A DNA stretch of 64,000 bases, taken from NCBI GenBank assembly GCA_964106645.2, contig OZ067038.1. One strand, written 5' to 3'. This stretch comes from Podarcis pityusensis (taxonomy: Eukaryota). A program made the position numbers and the translations under genes. The notes beneath the pieces were generated by a model. That model made no database searches. It saw nothing but the letters and a program-made list of their open reading frames with translations, and was not told where the DNA came from. Shown here piece by piece: positions 11,188 through 22,984 of the stretch (position 1 is its first letter; every line of letters begins with the position of its first letter).

Positions 11188-11972
11188 CTCCTGGGTGAGG
11201 ACATCACCAACACTCCATGCATCAGCACTGGTGACCCCACCCAAGGTGGCAGACGTACCACCATAACCAGTAACCTTTCCATCAACACTGAGCTTGACAA
11301 GCATATTGGCAAGGCAGCTACAACAATGGCTCGCCTCTCCAAAGGGGTATTGTCAGGGAACTGCCATCGGAGCTAGAGGCGGAGGGAAGGCTCCAGAGGG
11401 ATGCTGGAGAGGGTCCCAGTAGGGAGAGAGGCAGCCCGTCCGCTGGGGAAGGAAATCAGCGTAACACCAGTAGAGAAGGGGGGCAGATGGGAGAATCGGA
11501 GAGGAGGCTCCAAGACTCCTTGCCGGAGACCAGCGGAGAGAGTACGGGTCCTCCGCTGCCCACACCCTCCCTGCGCAGAAGGCTTCCGCGCAGGGAGACT
11601 AGGCGGAGACTAGGCGTCAAAGAACTTTTGTGCTGGAAGAAGTTCAAGAAACGCCCACTGACAGATTCTGCCAGCGACTGAGACAGCCACGAAGCTAGAG
11701 GCTGTCCAGTCAGAAAGGGTTCAAACAGGTAACCTAGCCAGGAGTGGCGGCAACTTACGCACGAGCAACCCCTAAACCCATTACAGGTATGGAAGGATGT
11801 GAAGCTAATGTCCAATACCAAGATGGTCTACCAGGCTTGCATGTTGAGCATGCTGCTTTATGAAAGTGAGTCGTGGGCAACTTAAAACCGCCAGGAGCAA
11901 TGCCTCAAAGCCTTCCACATGTGCGGCGTCAGGAAGATTTGGGGCATCACAGGGCAGGACAGAGTCTCAAAC
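11188..11972 (+). mobile_element. RTE-clade LINE ORF fragment (post-RT region), split by a solo LTR
   Basis: Left part reads LLGEDITNTPCIS...TITSNLSINTELDKHIGKAATTMARLSKGV. Right part reads WKDVKLMSNTKMVYQACMLSMLLYESESWAT...AFHMCGVRKIWGITGQDRVSN. This matches the RTE consensus RIGKA...L..RVW...TK..VY.A.V...LLYG.E.W...FH.RCLR.ILGI.WQD.V.N. Confidence 0.9.
11351..11785 (+). mobile_element. Solo LTR (435 bp), probably Ty3/Gypsy
   Basis: TG...CA termini (TGTCAGG...CCATTACA). Perfect 5-bp TSD GGTAT (11346-11350, 11786-11790). CpG-rich relative to its flanks and precisely interrupts the RTE frame. Orientation inferred from the internal open frame. Confidence 0.88.
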
Positions 11973-13574
11973 TGACTCATTATTCAGCTTGGAATAAACT
12001 GAGTTATCTCCCAAGTTTTTTGGGGGGAAATTCATTTTCTAAGCCAAATTACAAGCTTTGGGAGGAATACTGACTTTCACTATTTATTTAAGCAACTTAT
12101 ATACTGCTTTACCACCAATGTTTTTAAGTGGAGTAAATAAAAACTACTAGTTAGTCAGAGAGAGCAGCTACAAAGGCCCAAGGCCTCCCAGCAAACTGCA
12201 TGGCTGAGAAGAGGATTGTCACCTAGCTCTCTTTAATCTTCTAACTATTACATTACTACACCAAGTGTCCACTAAAGAGATAGAGAGCAAACACTGGACC
12301 TAATCTGGCATACAGTGAAGTGTAAAGCCTTCGTTAATGCAACAATAAAAGCAAATGAACCTAGGAACAGCTTATTTTTTTATTACAAACCCAAGCTTTA
12401 TATAAGGAATCCCTGGGTAATGGGCCATTATTTCTATCATATCCTAGGACAACTTCTGCAGTTAATCTTTGCTGATGTAAACATACGATTCAAGTTTAAG
12501 CTGTTATGGGTTCTTCCAGACCTACACCAGTATTAACTGATAGCACATCCCCCCAGCACCTTATTTCTGTCTCGGCTTGGGTGTGTGTGAGCGTGCACAC
12601 ACAAACAGACTGTATCAACTTGAAGGCAGCTAGAAAATTTATGTTCCATAAAAAAACTCAGATATGACAATAACCTTCAGGCAGGGGAAAGAATGCTGGT
12701 TTGTGGAAGCAACCTTTGCAGGGGAAAAAATTAAAAAGCACAAACGAGAACCTCTCAATCCACATTCTTCTCTGTTTTATTCCCAATTGTCATCCACTCC
12801 TCCATTCTAGCAACAGAATTCCCTCCAACAAATTGGTAGAAGTATATATTTACATGGAGTTCATTTAAATGCAAGAAACTTAAATTGATTCAGCTAGTGG
12901 AGCAAGGCAAGCAGAAATAATCAACTTAAAAGCTACGGTGTGGGATATCTGTTTCTGGTAGCTGAGCAGGTGCAGGATAGCTTTGTGTCATAGGCTTATG
13001 TTCTAGTTTGGGTGGATGGGTTATTTATTTACTAAAAATATTTGCAGCTTACTTTATCCTACACCCACACCCATGTGTGCTATGCAGCTTCCCACACAGC
13101 TGAAAAGATGCTGCCCCTAACTATTTCTCAATCCTCAGTATAGCAAAATGCAGATTCCCACCTGATTGTGTCCCGCTGCCCCCCACCTATTCATAGCCTT
13201 CATTAAAATATATATGCACTACATCTCTGATCCACAATTACTTTTTCTAGAGGGCCACTCTGATGGAGAGCAGAAGGTACAACCTTCCCCACTTCAAAAT
13301 TGACCGCTTGGAAAAATCACACATTCAGCATGCCCTTAAAACACAGCATCCTGGCAACTATGGAAATAAGATGTTCTATTTCAGGGGCTATATTTGACCT
13401 CAGGGCCAGCTTTTAAGTAATTTAGGCAAACCTCCAAATTCTGTGTATGCTTTTTTTTAATTTCATTTTTATTTTCATTAGAAGCAGGTCACTTATTCTT
13501 CAGTGGATCTTACACCCAAGATAGCATGCACAGAATTGCAGTTTCATTAATGTGTTGCATAAATGCCATTATTC

Positions 13575-13765
13575 AAAGCACTTCACACATACATTATCTA
13601 ACAATGCATCTGTAAAGCCGGTCAGTATTATCTGCATATTTTAGACAGGGTAGGGACTGAAGGGATAATGGTTTCCCTAAGGCCACCTAGTAATTTCATG
13701 GTTGAGGCGAAGTCTGAAGTAGGGATTTCCAAAACACACACCCTAGCCACTATACTATAGCAGCT
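13575..13765 (-). mobile_element. Old CORE/MIR-like SINE
   Basis: CATATTTTAGACAGGG...ACTGAAG...CCTAAGGCCACCTAGTAATTTCATGG...AGCCACTATACTATA follows the reverse MIR/CORE layout. Confidence 0.55.
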
Positions 13766-15145
13766 CCCATCCAATCCTGTCTACTCTTTCTGGCAATCAC
13801 TTCCCTAGATCCCAGCCAGGGACCTCTCCTTTTTCTGCTACCAGATATCACTTAAGCGGTGATACGATACAATGGTCCTGGGACCAGCTTATATATGCGA
13901 AACATGTCCACTGTTGCTAGTTATGGCCTCTACCTCACCACTGATTATTCTCCTTAGGAGATGAAAGAAGCTAGTAGGCTCTGGCCTACTTTATCAGATC
14001 TGAGCAAAACTGTTGGAAGCAAACCACCCTGCAGTTCCCTCCTTTATTTGAACCTACCAGAGACCATATCAGCAACTGCAGGTACTTTGCATTTCCAGAT
14101 CAAGGGCAGCCCAGCATGTGGTTGCCTCCTGCCAGTTACCATCATGGCAATTAAAAGGGGAAAGACTATGGGCTGAGACTTTTCATCAGGTCTGAGACAT
14201 ATATATTATTTGTCTCATTATGCAGATACAATGTGGCTTTCAATTAAACTATCTAACAGTGTGATTGAACACAGGCTACTTTAATTATGTATTTCACGGA
14301 CATGCTTCAGAGGCGACATTTCTTCCTCAGAATAATTAACCAAGTACATCGAAAACTTGAAGAATCCCAGAACTCCTCTTTCAGATAGCATGCAAGTTGG
14401 TGTTAGAGGCTGGTGTTTGTATATACAACTAGACAGAAAACCACGTTTCCTTCTTGTGGTTCTTTCCTTTCTCCAATACACTGTGCAGAAATACATCTTG
14501 GGCTGACAAGTGAGCAGTTCAGAATGCTCCTTCTTTCGTGAGAATCAGGGCCCCCTCCAGTCTGGATTCTGGATTCTGCAACTTGCCACTGATGCAATAA
14601 TAATCCATAAGTGGAAAATTTATACTGGACCATCCACACATCATTCCAGTTTATTACTTGTTTTTTGATGCTCCCCCAATGTTACTGCATTTTGCCATCT
14701 GGAGGGGCACTCTTACACTATAGCACAACAAAAATAGGACTAAAAAATGCGCCAGAACATTTGCAGTATAAACAGTTACAGGGTTTCAGCAGGAAGCTAT
14801 AGGATGTGCACCAATTGAAAATGAAGCACTTTTCTTTTCTATCCTACAAAAAGTGAGGGTAGTGGTTCCTTCTCCTGCTAATATTAATTACAACATTGAG
14901 AACGCGCAGGATGTGTTAAAGTACATAAAAGGACTCAGTTCCACAACTGCAAAGCTTGCAAACACATGGTATGAATATCTGTAATACGCAGAAGCTCAGG
15001 GAAAGTCCTCTCAGTTCCAGAACAGCTATTTCTTAGAATAAATTCAGATACCTTGGGCTATAGGGTTCAGCACAAAGGTTTTATGCCTTACACTGAAGTG
15101 CCAGCCGACCATAGCACCAGGGGTGAAATAGGTTCTTTTAAACAG

Positions 15146-15148
<3 letters not shown>

Positions 15149-15185
<37 letters not shown>
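15149..15185. repeat. (AG)n microsatellite
   Basis: About 18 AG units. Confidence 0.95.
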
Positions 15186-15189
<4 letters not shown>

Positions 15190-15440
15190 TAGAACACATG
15201 CCAACTGACATCTGATCAGAACAGATGGGTGGGAAGGAAATGACCTGGCAAAGCTGGAATATGTTATCACTTCCCCAATTTGTAGACAAACTAGCAGAGC
15301 TGGAACAATAGGAGAGCAATGAATTTATATCACAGCAGGAAATTATTAAAAACCCAATCCTGAACAGGGGGAAAACAGATTTCTGCTGTTGTCGTGCCAT
15401 TTTCTCTGTTTTCATGTTGTTGTCTTTTGCATCTTTTACT

Positions 15441-15730
15441 TAGAACCATAGAATCATAGAATTGTAGAGCTGGAAGGGATCCCGCAGGTCATTGAATCCA
15501 ACCCCCTGCAATGCAGGAATCTCAGCTAAAGCATCCGTGACAGATGGCCATCCAACCTCTGCTTAAAACTCTCCAAGGAAAGAGAGTCCACCACCTTCCA
15601 AGGGAGTCCATTCCACTGTCAAACAACTCTTACAGAAGTTTTGTCAAAATCTCCTTCTTGTAACTTGAACCAGAGCAGGAGAAAACAAGCTTGTTCCATC
15701 TTCCATAGAATCATATCATAGAATCATAGA
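15441..15730 (-). mobile_element. CR1 LINE 3' end
   Basis: (CATAGAAT)n is the reverse of the CR1 (ATTCTATG)n tail. It is followed by GAGCTGGAAGGGA...TCCAACCCCCTGC...CCATCCAACCTCTGCTTAAA...GAGTCCACCACC...TTCCACTGTC (CR1 3'UTR/ORF2 end). A second CATAGAAT tract lies at about 15704-15730. Confidence 0.9.
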
Positions 15731-16941
15731 GTATCTGTGATTGTGCAAACGTTTTGCACAAACAAATGTGCCAAGCCCTTTAGATATCTGAAGATCGGTA
15801 TCATATTTCCTCAGTCTGATTTGTTTTTATACCGTTATTTCTTTTTATTTGTCAGTCACGAAAGAAAAGAAAAAGTTTTTAAAAAGCTGGCTATAAATCA
15901 CCACTACAACAATCTTCCTGCCCTTTGCTAATGGCTTGTCTGCAGTCATGGAGAATGTAGATCCTCAGGATAGAAGGGTGTCATGCTGAGGACCATGGAA
16001 ACGATCTCTTAGAAGTGATCCATTTCTCAGGTGATGAACATAAATTAATTCACACATCGCTAGGGGTCCTTGTAGTGAGAAATTTAAAAATTGGGACTAT
16101 TGATTCATGAGCTTGTGATGGATGCTTGGAAACCTGTCTGCCAGGTTCAAAAGATGCACACATTATGTGCTACGCAGATCAGCTGGTACAGAGTGACCTT
16201 TTGGGAGAAATGGCATCTAGATTTCCAGGAAATATGTGGATGTTCAGAAATAGCACATTAAAAAAATGCAACCTGTAGACATTGTTACAGGCTGTTACAA
16301 TGTCTCAGACATGGATGGGATAGTAATGATTGAAGGAAAGTTTTATATTTGCTAGGCACTAGGAACTGCCTTATAATAAGCTGAGCCTGTACAAAACAGA
16401 TGAGCTGAACTTTTAAAGGCAAATGAACTAGACTGCTGGTACTCAACGTCAAGGCTGTACAGCACCTTTTAAATTAAAGGGGAAACTGACAGTGAATCAA
16501 GTGCAGATGATGGAGTAACTGCTCTGGGTCTTTTGTGCCCCTACTTGTGGACTTCCCTGGAAACATCCAGTTGGTCACTGTGGGCATCAGGATGCCAGAC
16601 ACAAGGAGCCTTTTATCTGAGCCAATTCAACAGGCACTGAAGAGTCCACAGATATACTTAAATGTATAATGCAAACAGTTGTTGCAATGCTTCTTCAGAT
16701 TTTGAAAAGGCAACTCCACTCTTGTCAAATGGAGATGCCAGCATCTCTGTGTTAGAGTTCCTAATGAGAAGGAGACATGGAGCAGCCAAAGGCTGAACAC
16801 GAGTCTGAATTCACAGCAGACTGCCAGAGGAAGACCCTTGGGGTCTTGACTGACAAGTGCTGAAAAGATGCAGCGCATCATATGCATGGTTACTACATGA
16901 AGACAGATGGCTCTACATCATCATCAACCCATGGGATTTAT

Positions 16942-17013
16942 GGCTGGGAATTCTGAATAGGCCCAGGGGAGTTAGGTGTCAAACATCCTTAGTTCCCTCT
17001 GAAAATCCTAGCC
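16942..17013. mobile_element. Short PIF/Harbinger-like palindromic MITE remnant
   Basis: GGCTGGGAATTCTGAA ... TGAAAATCCTAGCC inverted termini with flanking TTA/TAA. Confidence 0.4.
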
Positions 17014-18511
17014 TTAAAGCAGCAGATGGCATGTTTAAAGTAGTGATGTCCGTTAGACATTGCATAGCGATGGCGCTATGCAAATAATCACAATTAGTTA
17101 GTTGTCCAATTGTTGTTATTAACAGCACTGTACCAGTGTATCCCATCTTTCTCTGCCTTATCAGTTTTTATACATGTCAGCACTGCTGGAAAGTGTAGAG
17201 ATTCTAGAGAGGCTGAAACAGGTGCCAAATGGCATTAGGCACATTAACCGGGGGTGTGGATGTGGGGGAACTGGCAAGTATAAATGCTACCGGAGGGATA
17301 ATTAATTTCACAGCAGCCTCAGTGCTGTGTGACATCTCAAGAAGCTGTTAACTTTTATACTAACTACTCAATAACTCAATTATCTGTGTCAGTGTCAAGG
17401 CAGGGCTGTGCCCCCTTGCACTCTCCCTAGTACATTTTCATGTCTTCTTCTATCTCTTGAGCTTGGTTGGCTCCAGGGAATGAGCTCCCTTCAAGACAAC
17501 AAGGTCTGACAGGAAAGCAAGGCTCAAGTTTGACAACATAGTGGCATTTTCTGCAATTAAGAATTTCAGACAGGTTGTTTGGATAGTATTGCTCTCACCC
17601 CGTTCCCACCCCCACCCCAATGGGAAGCCTCTTAATTTTTAAGGAACCATTTTGTAATCTATTACTGTTTCATTCTGAGAGGGAGCAAGGTACTAAGGAA
17701 TGCCCTAGAAACAAACAAACAAACAAACAGATGATGTTAACACTATGATGTTAGGACCCCATTAAAACCATATTATTGTATTATTTATATAATATTATTC
17801 TAATAATACTGTGAAACAAACACATTCAGTTCCATCAGTAGTAAACTCTGGATGGAAGACATATGTGGCATAGCTCCTGTCCAAGGCTTTACTACTACTA
17901 CTACTACTAATAATAATAATACTCAGCCCTATTAAAATAACAGTTGTTTTGTTAGTGACTTTATTGACTAAGTGGTACATAAACTGCTTTTGAGATTCAC
18001 CAGAATTTTATGCCAAGAAAAAAACCACTACATACCAAGAAATGGAAAATTATTTGACTTGTGTAATTAAGCAAACTAGCCAGTATTTTGCATGATTGCA
18101 CTTGCCACAGGGCAAGATGATATGTAGGACATTAAAGCTCCACTCATTGAAATTCTCTCCAGGCTCTGAGATTTTACCAAACATTGTCCACACATTTCTA
18201 GGCCTACACTTGCTGTATAATGGCTAGAGGTATGTGCGGGGGGGGGGGGATTTGGAGTTCTCAAAGTGTTGAATCTTTGTGTTTGCCCTAAGTGCATGGG
18301 TGGAATTCAGACTAAGTAAATCAAACTTAGCTCCCATTACAATAAGTGAAACCTTCACACTGATTGCACTGGGACCCAAGTTCAATTAATTGGAACTTTG
18401 GAAAACAAAAAAAGAGAAGCCACAAAGTAGTCTCTGGGGACCCAGGTTCCATTCTGATCAGAGTTTTCTCAGTACTTGCCTTGTGTAGACTGTACCAAAT
18501 GCACTGAAAGA

Positions 18512-18629
18512 TGTTGTATGCCACTAAATCCTACTCAGAATAGACCCACTGCAATTAATGGTCATGGCCCACTTAGTTCCATTAATTTTAATGGTTCTAC
18601 TCTGAGTAAGACTTAGTGGAATACAACCC
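18512..18629. mobile_element. Fold-back MITE (GTTGTAT...ATACAAC family)
   Basis: Imperfect inverted arms of about 50 bp: GTTGTATGCCACTAAATCCTACTCAGAATAGACC...ATTAATGG and CCATTAAT...GGTTCTACTCTGAGTAAGACTTAGTGGAATACAAC. Confidence 0.7.
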
Positions 18630-19984
18630 AGGGTGCCATGAGTAACTTGTATTATTTGATAATGTATTAATAAATGAGAGCATTCTTGATAATATGGGAT
18701 AAGTGTTAAAGAAAATAGGAGTTCATACACAAATTTGAAATGGATACAGCAAAAAGACAGGTTAGTACACTACGGCGATTTTGAACGGTGCACTACAAGG
18801 CTTTGGACCAGCCACACTCAGCCCCATCTTTCTTACAGGATTGCTCTGAGGATAAAATGCAATGCAAAAGATGATAGTACAAAGTACCTGAGTTCTTTAA
18901 TAATGGAAAGGCAGAAATCAACACCATCATTATAATGATTATAATATTTGTATTATTATTATTATATATGGCTTGAAGGAGGTGTTCATAAATAAAGGTG
19001 GCATGATTGATCCAGAGAAAAGCTTTATCAAGTGTAAGGAACAGGAAGAAGAGAACAAAGGAACAGATAAATAGGGAAATATGAGATTAGAGTTGTAAAA
19101 CAGGACAAGTGGGAACTACAAGAAAATGCTGCAATATAGTTGCTTTTGCAGCTACTTTTGTCCTGAAGTTTCTCAAGTTCAGGTGGACTTACATCACCTG
19201 AACTTGCCCAGGACTGAGCGGTAAGTCATTTAAAAAGAAAAGAAAAAAACAGAAGCAAATTTAGTGGAAGTAGCAGTGTTGCCATAGTGATAAATGAGCC
19301 AATAGCTCAGCCCCTAAATGGATAAAATTATGCCAAGAAGCTGATCCCAAGGAGACACCCAGGGGCTAAACCTGGATGTACACCATTTCTATATAATAAT
19401 AGTATCTACAAATGGATATCGGCTCCCTTCCACTCGGTGAACTTGCTAACTTGAAAACCATTAAAAATGTGTCAGCCTCTGATGCAAAACAGGTATCACT
19501 GCTTAAGAACTGGAATCCTCTACTGGAGATACTTGAGCCCTCAAGGTATTTGCAGAGGATAATGTGCACGTGAAGGGAGCAGAAATAAAATATTGTGCAA
19601 ATAAAGCAAAACTCTTAAGATTAGGCAAATAGTGGATCTGTTGCATGCATGTTACCAGGAGAGGATTTACTCTGTGACAGGCAGAGATAGTTCCTAGCCA
19701 AATTCTCACCACTGAAAAACAACAACAACAGATGCAGGATACTGGCCACAGATCATTAAGAGACTATTACCAAAGGCACATCCAGCGTAACCTGACCAGA
19801 GTGTCAGTACAGAAGAGCCATAAATCTTATATTAAGCATTAATTAAAATATATTATTATTCCAATAAAGGCTGAATGAATAATTTTTTATCATTTATGTA
19901 GTGTGTAAATTCTCACAATCTCTGTTTTGTTCATTTCAAAAACACCCATGTAAGGAAAACCTGCATCCTTCCCATTGTACAGAT

Positions 19985-20630
19985 GTACTCTAGCTATTTT
20001 CCCCATCACCTGTCTAACAGCTCTTTGAATATTTCCATAGGGGGGAAGCTCTTCATTTGCTTTCTCTCTTCTTCCATCAGGACTCCGTACTTGGTCCTCT
20101 TCTATTCTCTTTCTATGTACTGTCCGTGGGTGATCTCAACATATCCCATGGACTTCAGTACCATTTATACCAGAGCTTCCACACTTTTCATGTTGGTGAC
20201 ACACTTTTTAGACATGCATCATTTCATGACACAGTAATGGAAACTGGAAGTTAAACTAACCCCTTTCCGGCCCTGGGAGGAGCGTGGGGAGCATTCATGT
20301 GACACACCTAAACACTGCAGCCGACACACTAACATGTCGTGACACACAGTCTGGAAAGCCCTGATTTATACAGCAATAATCTTCAGGTCTCCATCTCTCT
20401 AACAATAGAGTGTCTCTCGCATGTCTTCAACTTACTTTTGGATAGCTCTGCTTGGATGTTTCATTATTGTCATAAACACAACACTGAACTTCTCATCTTG
20501 CCTCCCAAGCCTTCCTCTCTTTATATATTTTTCCATATTTATTAACAATGTCACCATCCATCCTGTTAAAAGGCTCTCCTTTGCCCTCCCATAGTCAATC
20601 ACTCATCGAAGCATACTGCATCTCTTTACA
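19985..20630 (+). mobile_element. Decayed L2 LINE RT fragment, split by a hAT MITE
   Basis: Reads QDSVLGPLLFSFYVLSVGDLNISHGLQYHLY|SNNLQVSIS, versus the L2 consensus PQGSVLGPLLFSLY...SHGLQYHLYADDTQIYIS. Continues with ...SAWMFHY...NTELLILP. Confidence 0.85.
20171..20363. mobile_element. hAT MITE (193 bp) with perfect 8-bp TSD
   Basis: Termini CAGAGCTTCC ... GGAAAGCCCTG. ATTTATAC at 20163-20170 and 20364-20371. Confidence 0.9.
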
Positions 20631-21394
20631 CCAGAAAAAAAGAGATTATTTGGTTGAATTTTTTTCCAGTGGTCTTTTAACTATTTCTGCCAAATAGTTC
20701 AACATTACCCAGGCCTTTTCCAGAACATATTTTATTGAGCTCACAACCACAGTCTGGAGATTATGACTCCTGAACCAAAGCAACTTAGGTTTAGGTTTAA
20801 ATTTTCACTACTTTCTTTGTCTTTACTACTTCCTTGAGTTCCTAAAGCAAATCAGATTTAGAGACTCAACAGCAAAATGTCTCCAAAATAAATCTTCAGA
20901 AGTATATTGTAACAGAGAGTCTTTCTTACTCTCACAATTGAGTAATTCACCATTAGCTCAGCTAGTCTGATGTCATATCCTTAGATCCACATACAATTAT
21001 GCCATTTTCTCCTTTCTTTTAGGATCAATTTTCAAAATCAAGTTGGCTCAGTCCCAAGGCTATTGGGTCCTATGCATTCCTCCCTCATAATGCTCAGGTT
21101 TATTCAGTGCCGTCTGAGAATTACCAGCAGTGACATTTTTAGTGGGCAATGATTTTGCTTGCAGTGCACTAAATGTAGCCTTGTTACTAAGATAGTGGTG
21201 TGGTTATTTTTATATACATGTACAAAGTTAACACTGGCAATTATTTTTTATCAGTGAATATGTGCATGGGGAGGGGCGGTTTCCATGTCTTTTGGAACTA
21301 GGCCCTACAAGATGGCTAATTCACTCATGGCAGAATAGTCCAAGCTAAAGGGATTTCTGTTTTATAACCCGGTAGCTTTTAGTCATGCTTCAAT

Positions 21395-21900
21395 TTGCCG
21401 GGCGGCAGCAGCGGCGGAGAGAGTGTCTATTAGAACCACAAACCAATTTAGATTCCTTTAAATATGCAGAAGCCAGTTCTGTGCCTGCATTCCACTGTAT
21501 GTGCACATTCCTGATTTACACCTTGCTTAGTGCTCAGTCAAAAGACTGTCTTAGTCACGACAATAAGAGAAACAGCAAAGGTATGAAATGAGATATTATC
21601 CAGAACTTCAGTAAATGGGTCATTGCTAACAATCCAAAAACTAGCCTTCACTTACTTACAAAGGTTCTACTCTGCAAGATCACAGAGGACACAGCTGGGA
21701 TTTGCATAATTTCACCTGCTATGAAAGTACTTTACCAAACTGGAAGGGGCTTCAGCCATTCAATAAAAGGAAGGCATTTTGAATGTGCCACCATGACCTT
21801 CATTCAGAATAAACGCACTGGCCAACAGCATTACCTGGTGTCCTTCAGTTAACAAGGCATTGACTTATCCAGCCATCTATCCATGCTGTGGGTGACTCAT
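21395..21900. promoter_or_regulatory. Candidate enhancer (RUNX/TEAD/AP-1/POU motifs)
   Basis: Non-repetitive block with AACCACA (21434), GCATTCC (21487), ACATTCC (21505), TTAGTCA (21551), ATTTGCAT (21700) and TGACTCA (21893). Motif evidence only. Confidence 0.35.
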
Positions 21901-22195
21901 GCTTCAGCTTCACTTGCCAAAAATGTTCAGGTCAGAAAAAGCACCAGAGATATGAACTCACTTGTCACACCACATAAACTGTCAGAAACAGCAAAACTAG
22001 GGAATGAAGGGGAGGAAAACAAACATGTTAGGAGCAGATGCCTCCCAATTTCCTTCCACACAGTATCCTACATAACAACCAGAATCTGAGGATGGGATCT
22101 GGTATGACAGATATGTTTCAGATTCACAGCAGTAGGAGGCACTATGTTTGGGACAAATACTCTATCAGATTCACAGCTTTGATGTCCCCATTCAG

Positions 22196-22548
22196 TAGGA
22201 TGAGAGGATCTGTCCATTTCAATTCTCTCAATTTCTCATTTTTGCAATAATTTTAAATTCTGTTCTCCAATTCCTGCAGCAACTTGTGGGTTTGTGAAAA
22301 TTCATCTGCATTAGTGTGACTTTCTTCTAACAATCTATATGCAGATATGATTACTGTACTTTTTTGTCTTTGCAAGAATTTTCCTGAATATAATGTGTTT
22401 TTCTAAACATTGGTTGGGGAACTGCACTGCACGATTCAAATAAATTTCAAAGGATGGCTGTGTTTCGATTCTCATGTTGCTTCAGGAAATTCAAATTTGA
22501 TAGATTCAACATTAAATGTGAACTGCATCAAATCCCCCCCCACCCTTA
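22196..22548. mobile_element. hAT (Ac-like TAGGGATG terminus) non-autonomous element
   Basis: Termini TAGGATGAG ... CCCACCCTTA. TSD CCATTCAG/TCATTCAG (7/8). Confidence 0.7.
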
Positions 22549-22984
22549 TCATTCAGCAGCTGAATGTCAGTATACAGAGAGGCAGCCACCATATGGCAGT
22601 TATAATAAGCACGACCATAAGTAGTGCAATAATAAGTCTCCTTTCCATGGATATCCATCAGCTGTGTTGAAAACTTTGCTCTTTAAAGACTCCCCGTGTG
22701 AAATCTCCAGGACCAATTGATTCAAACACAGTCTTTCACAAATGCAACTGCAGTGAGGTAGCCTACAACAGACTTCAGAATGGTAAAAGGTGGGAACAGT
22801 AGGAGCTTTTTAGAGTTTGAACTTAGCTACACGATAGCATGGGAGTATTTTATGTTCTACCTACACTCTAGCTGCTATCTCTGCTGCTTCATTGGCATGA
22901 GTTACTTGGCATGCCTGTTTTTAAATGTTGCTGACGTTATTTGTATGTTGTTAATTGCTTTTTGTACACCGTAGGTAGGCTTGC

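Noticed and set aside
21397-21418. CpG island / promoter
   Set aside because: The CpG patch is only about 20 bp. No CpG island exists in the window apart from the LTR.
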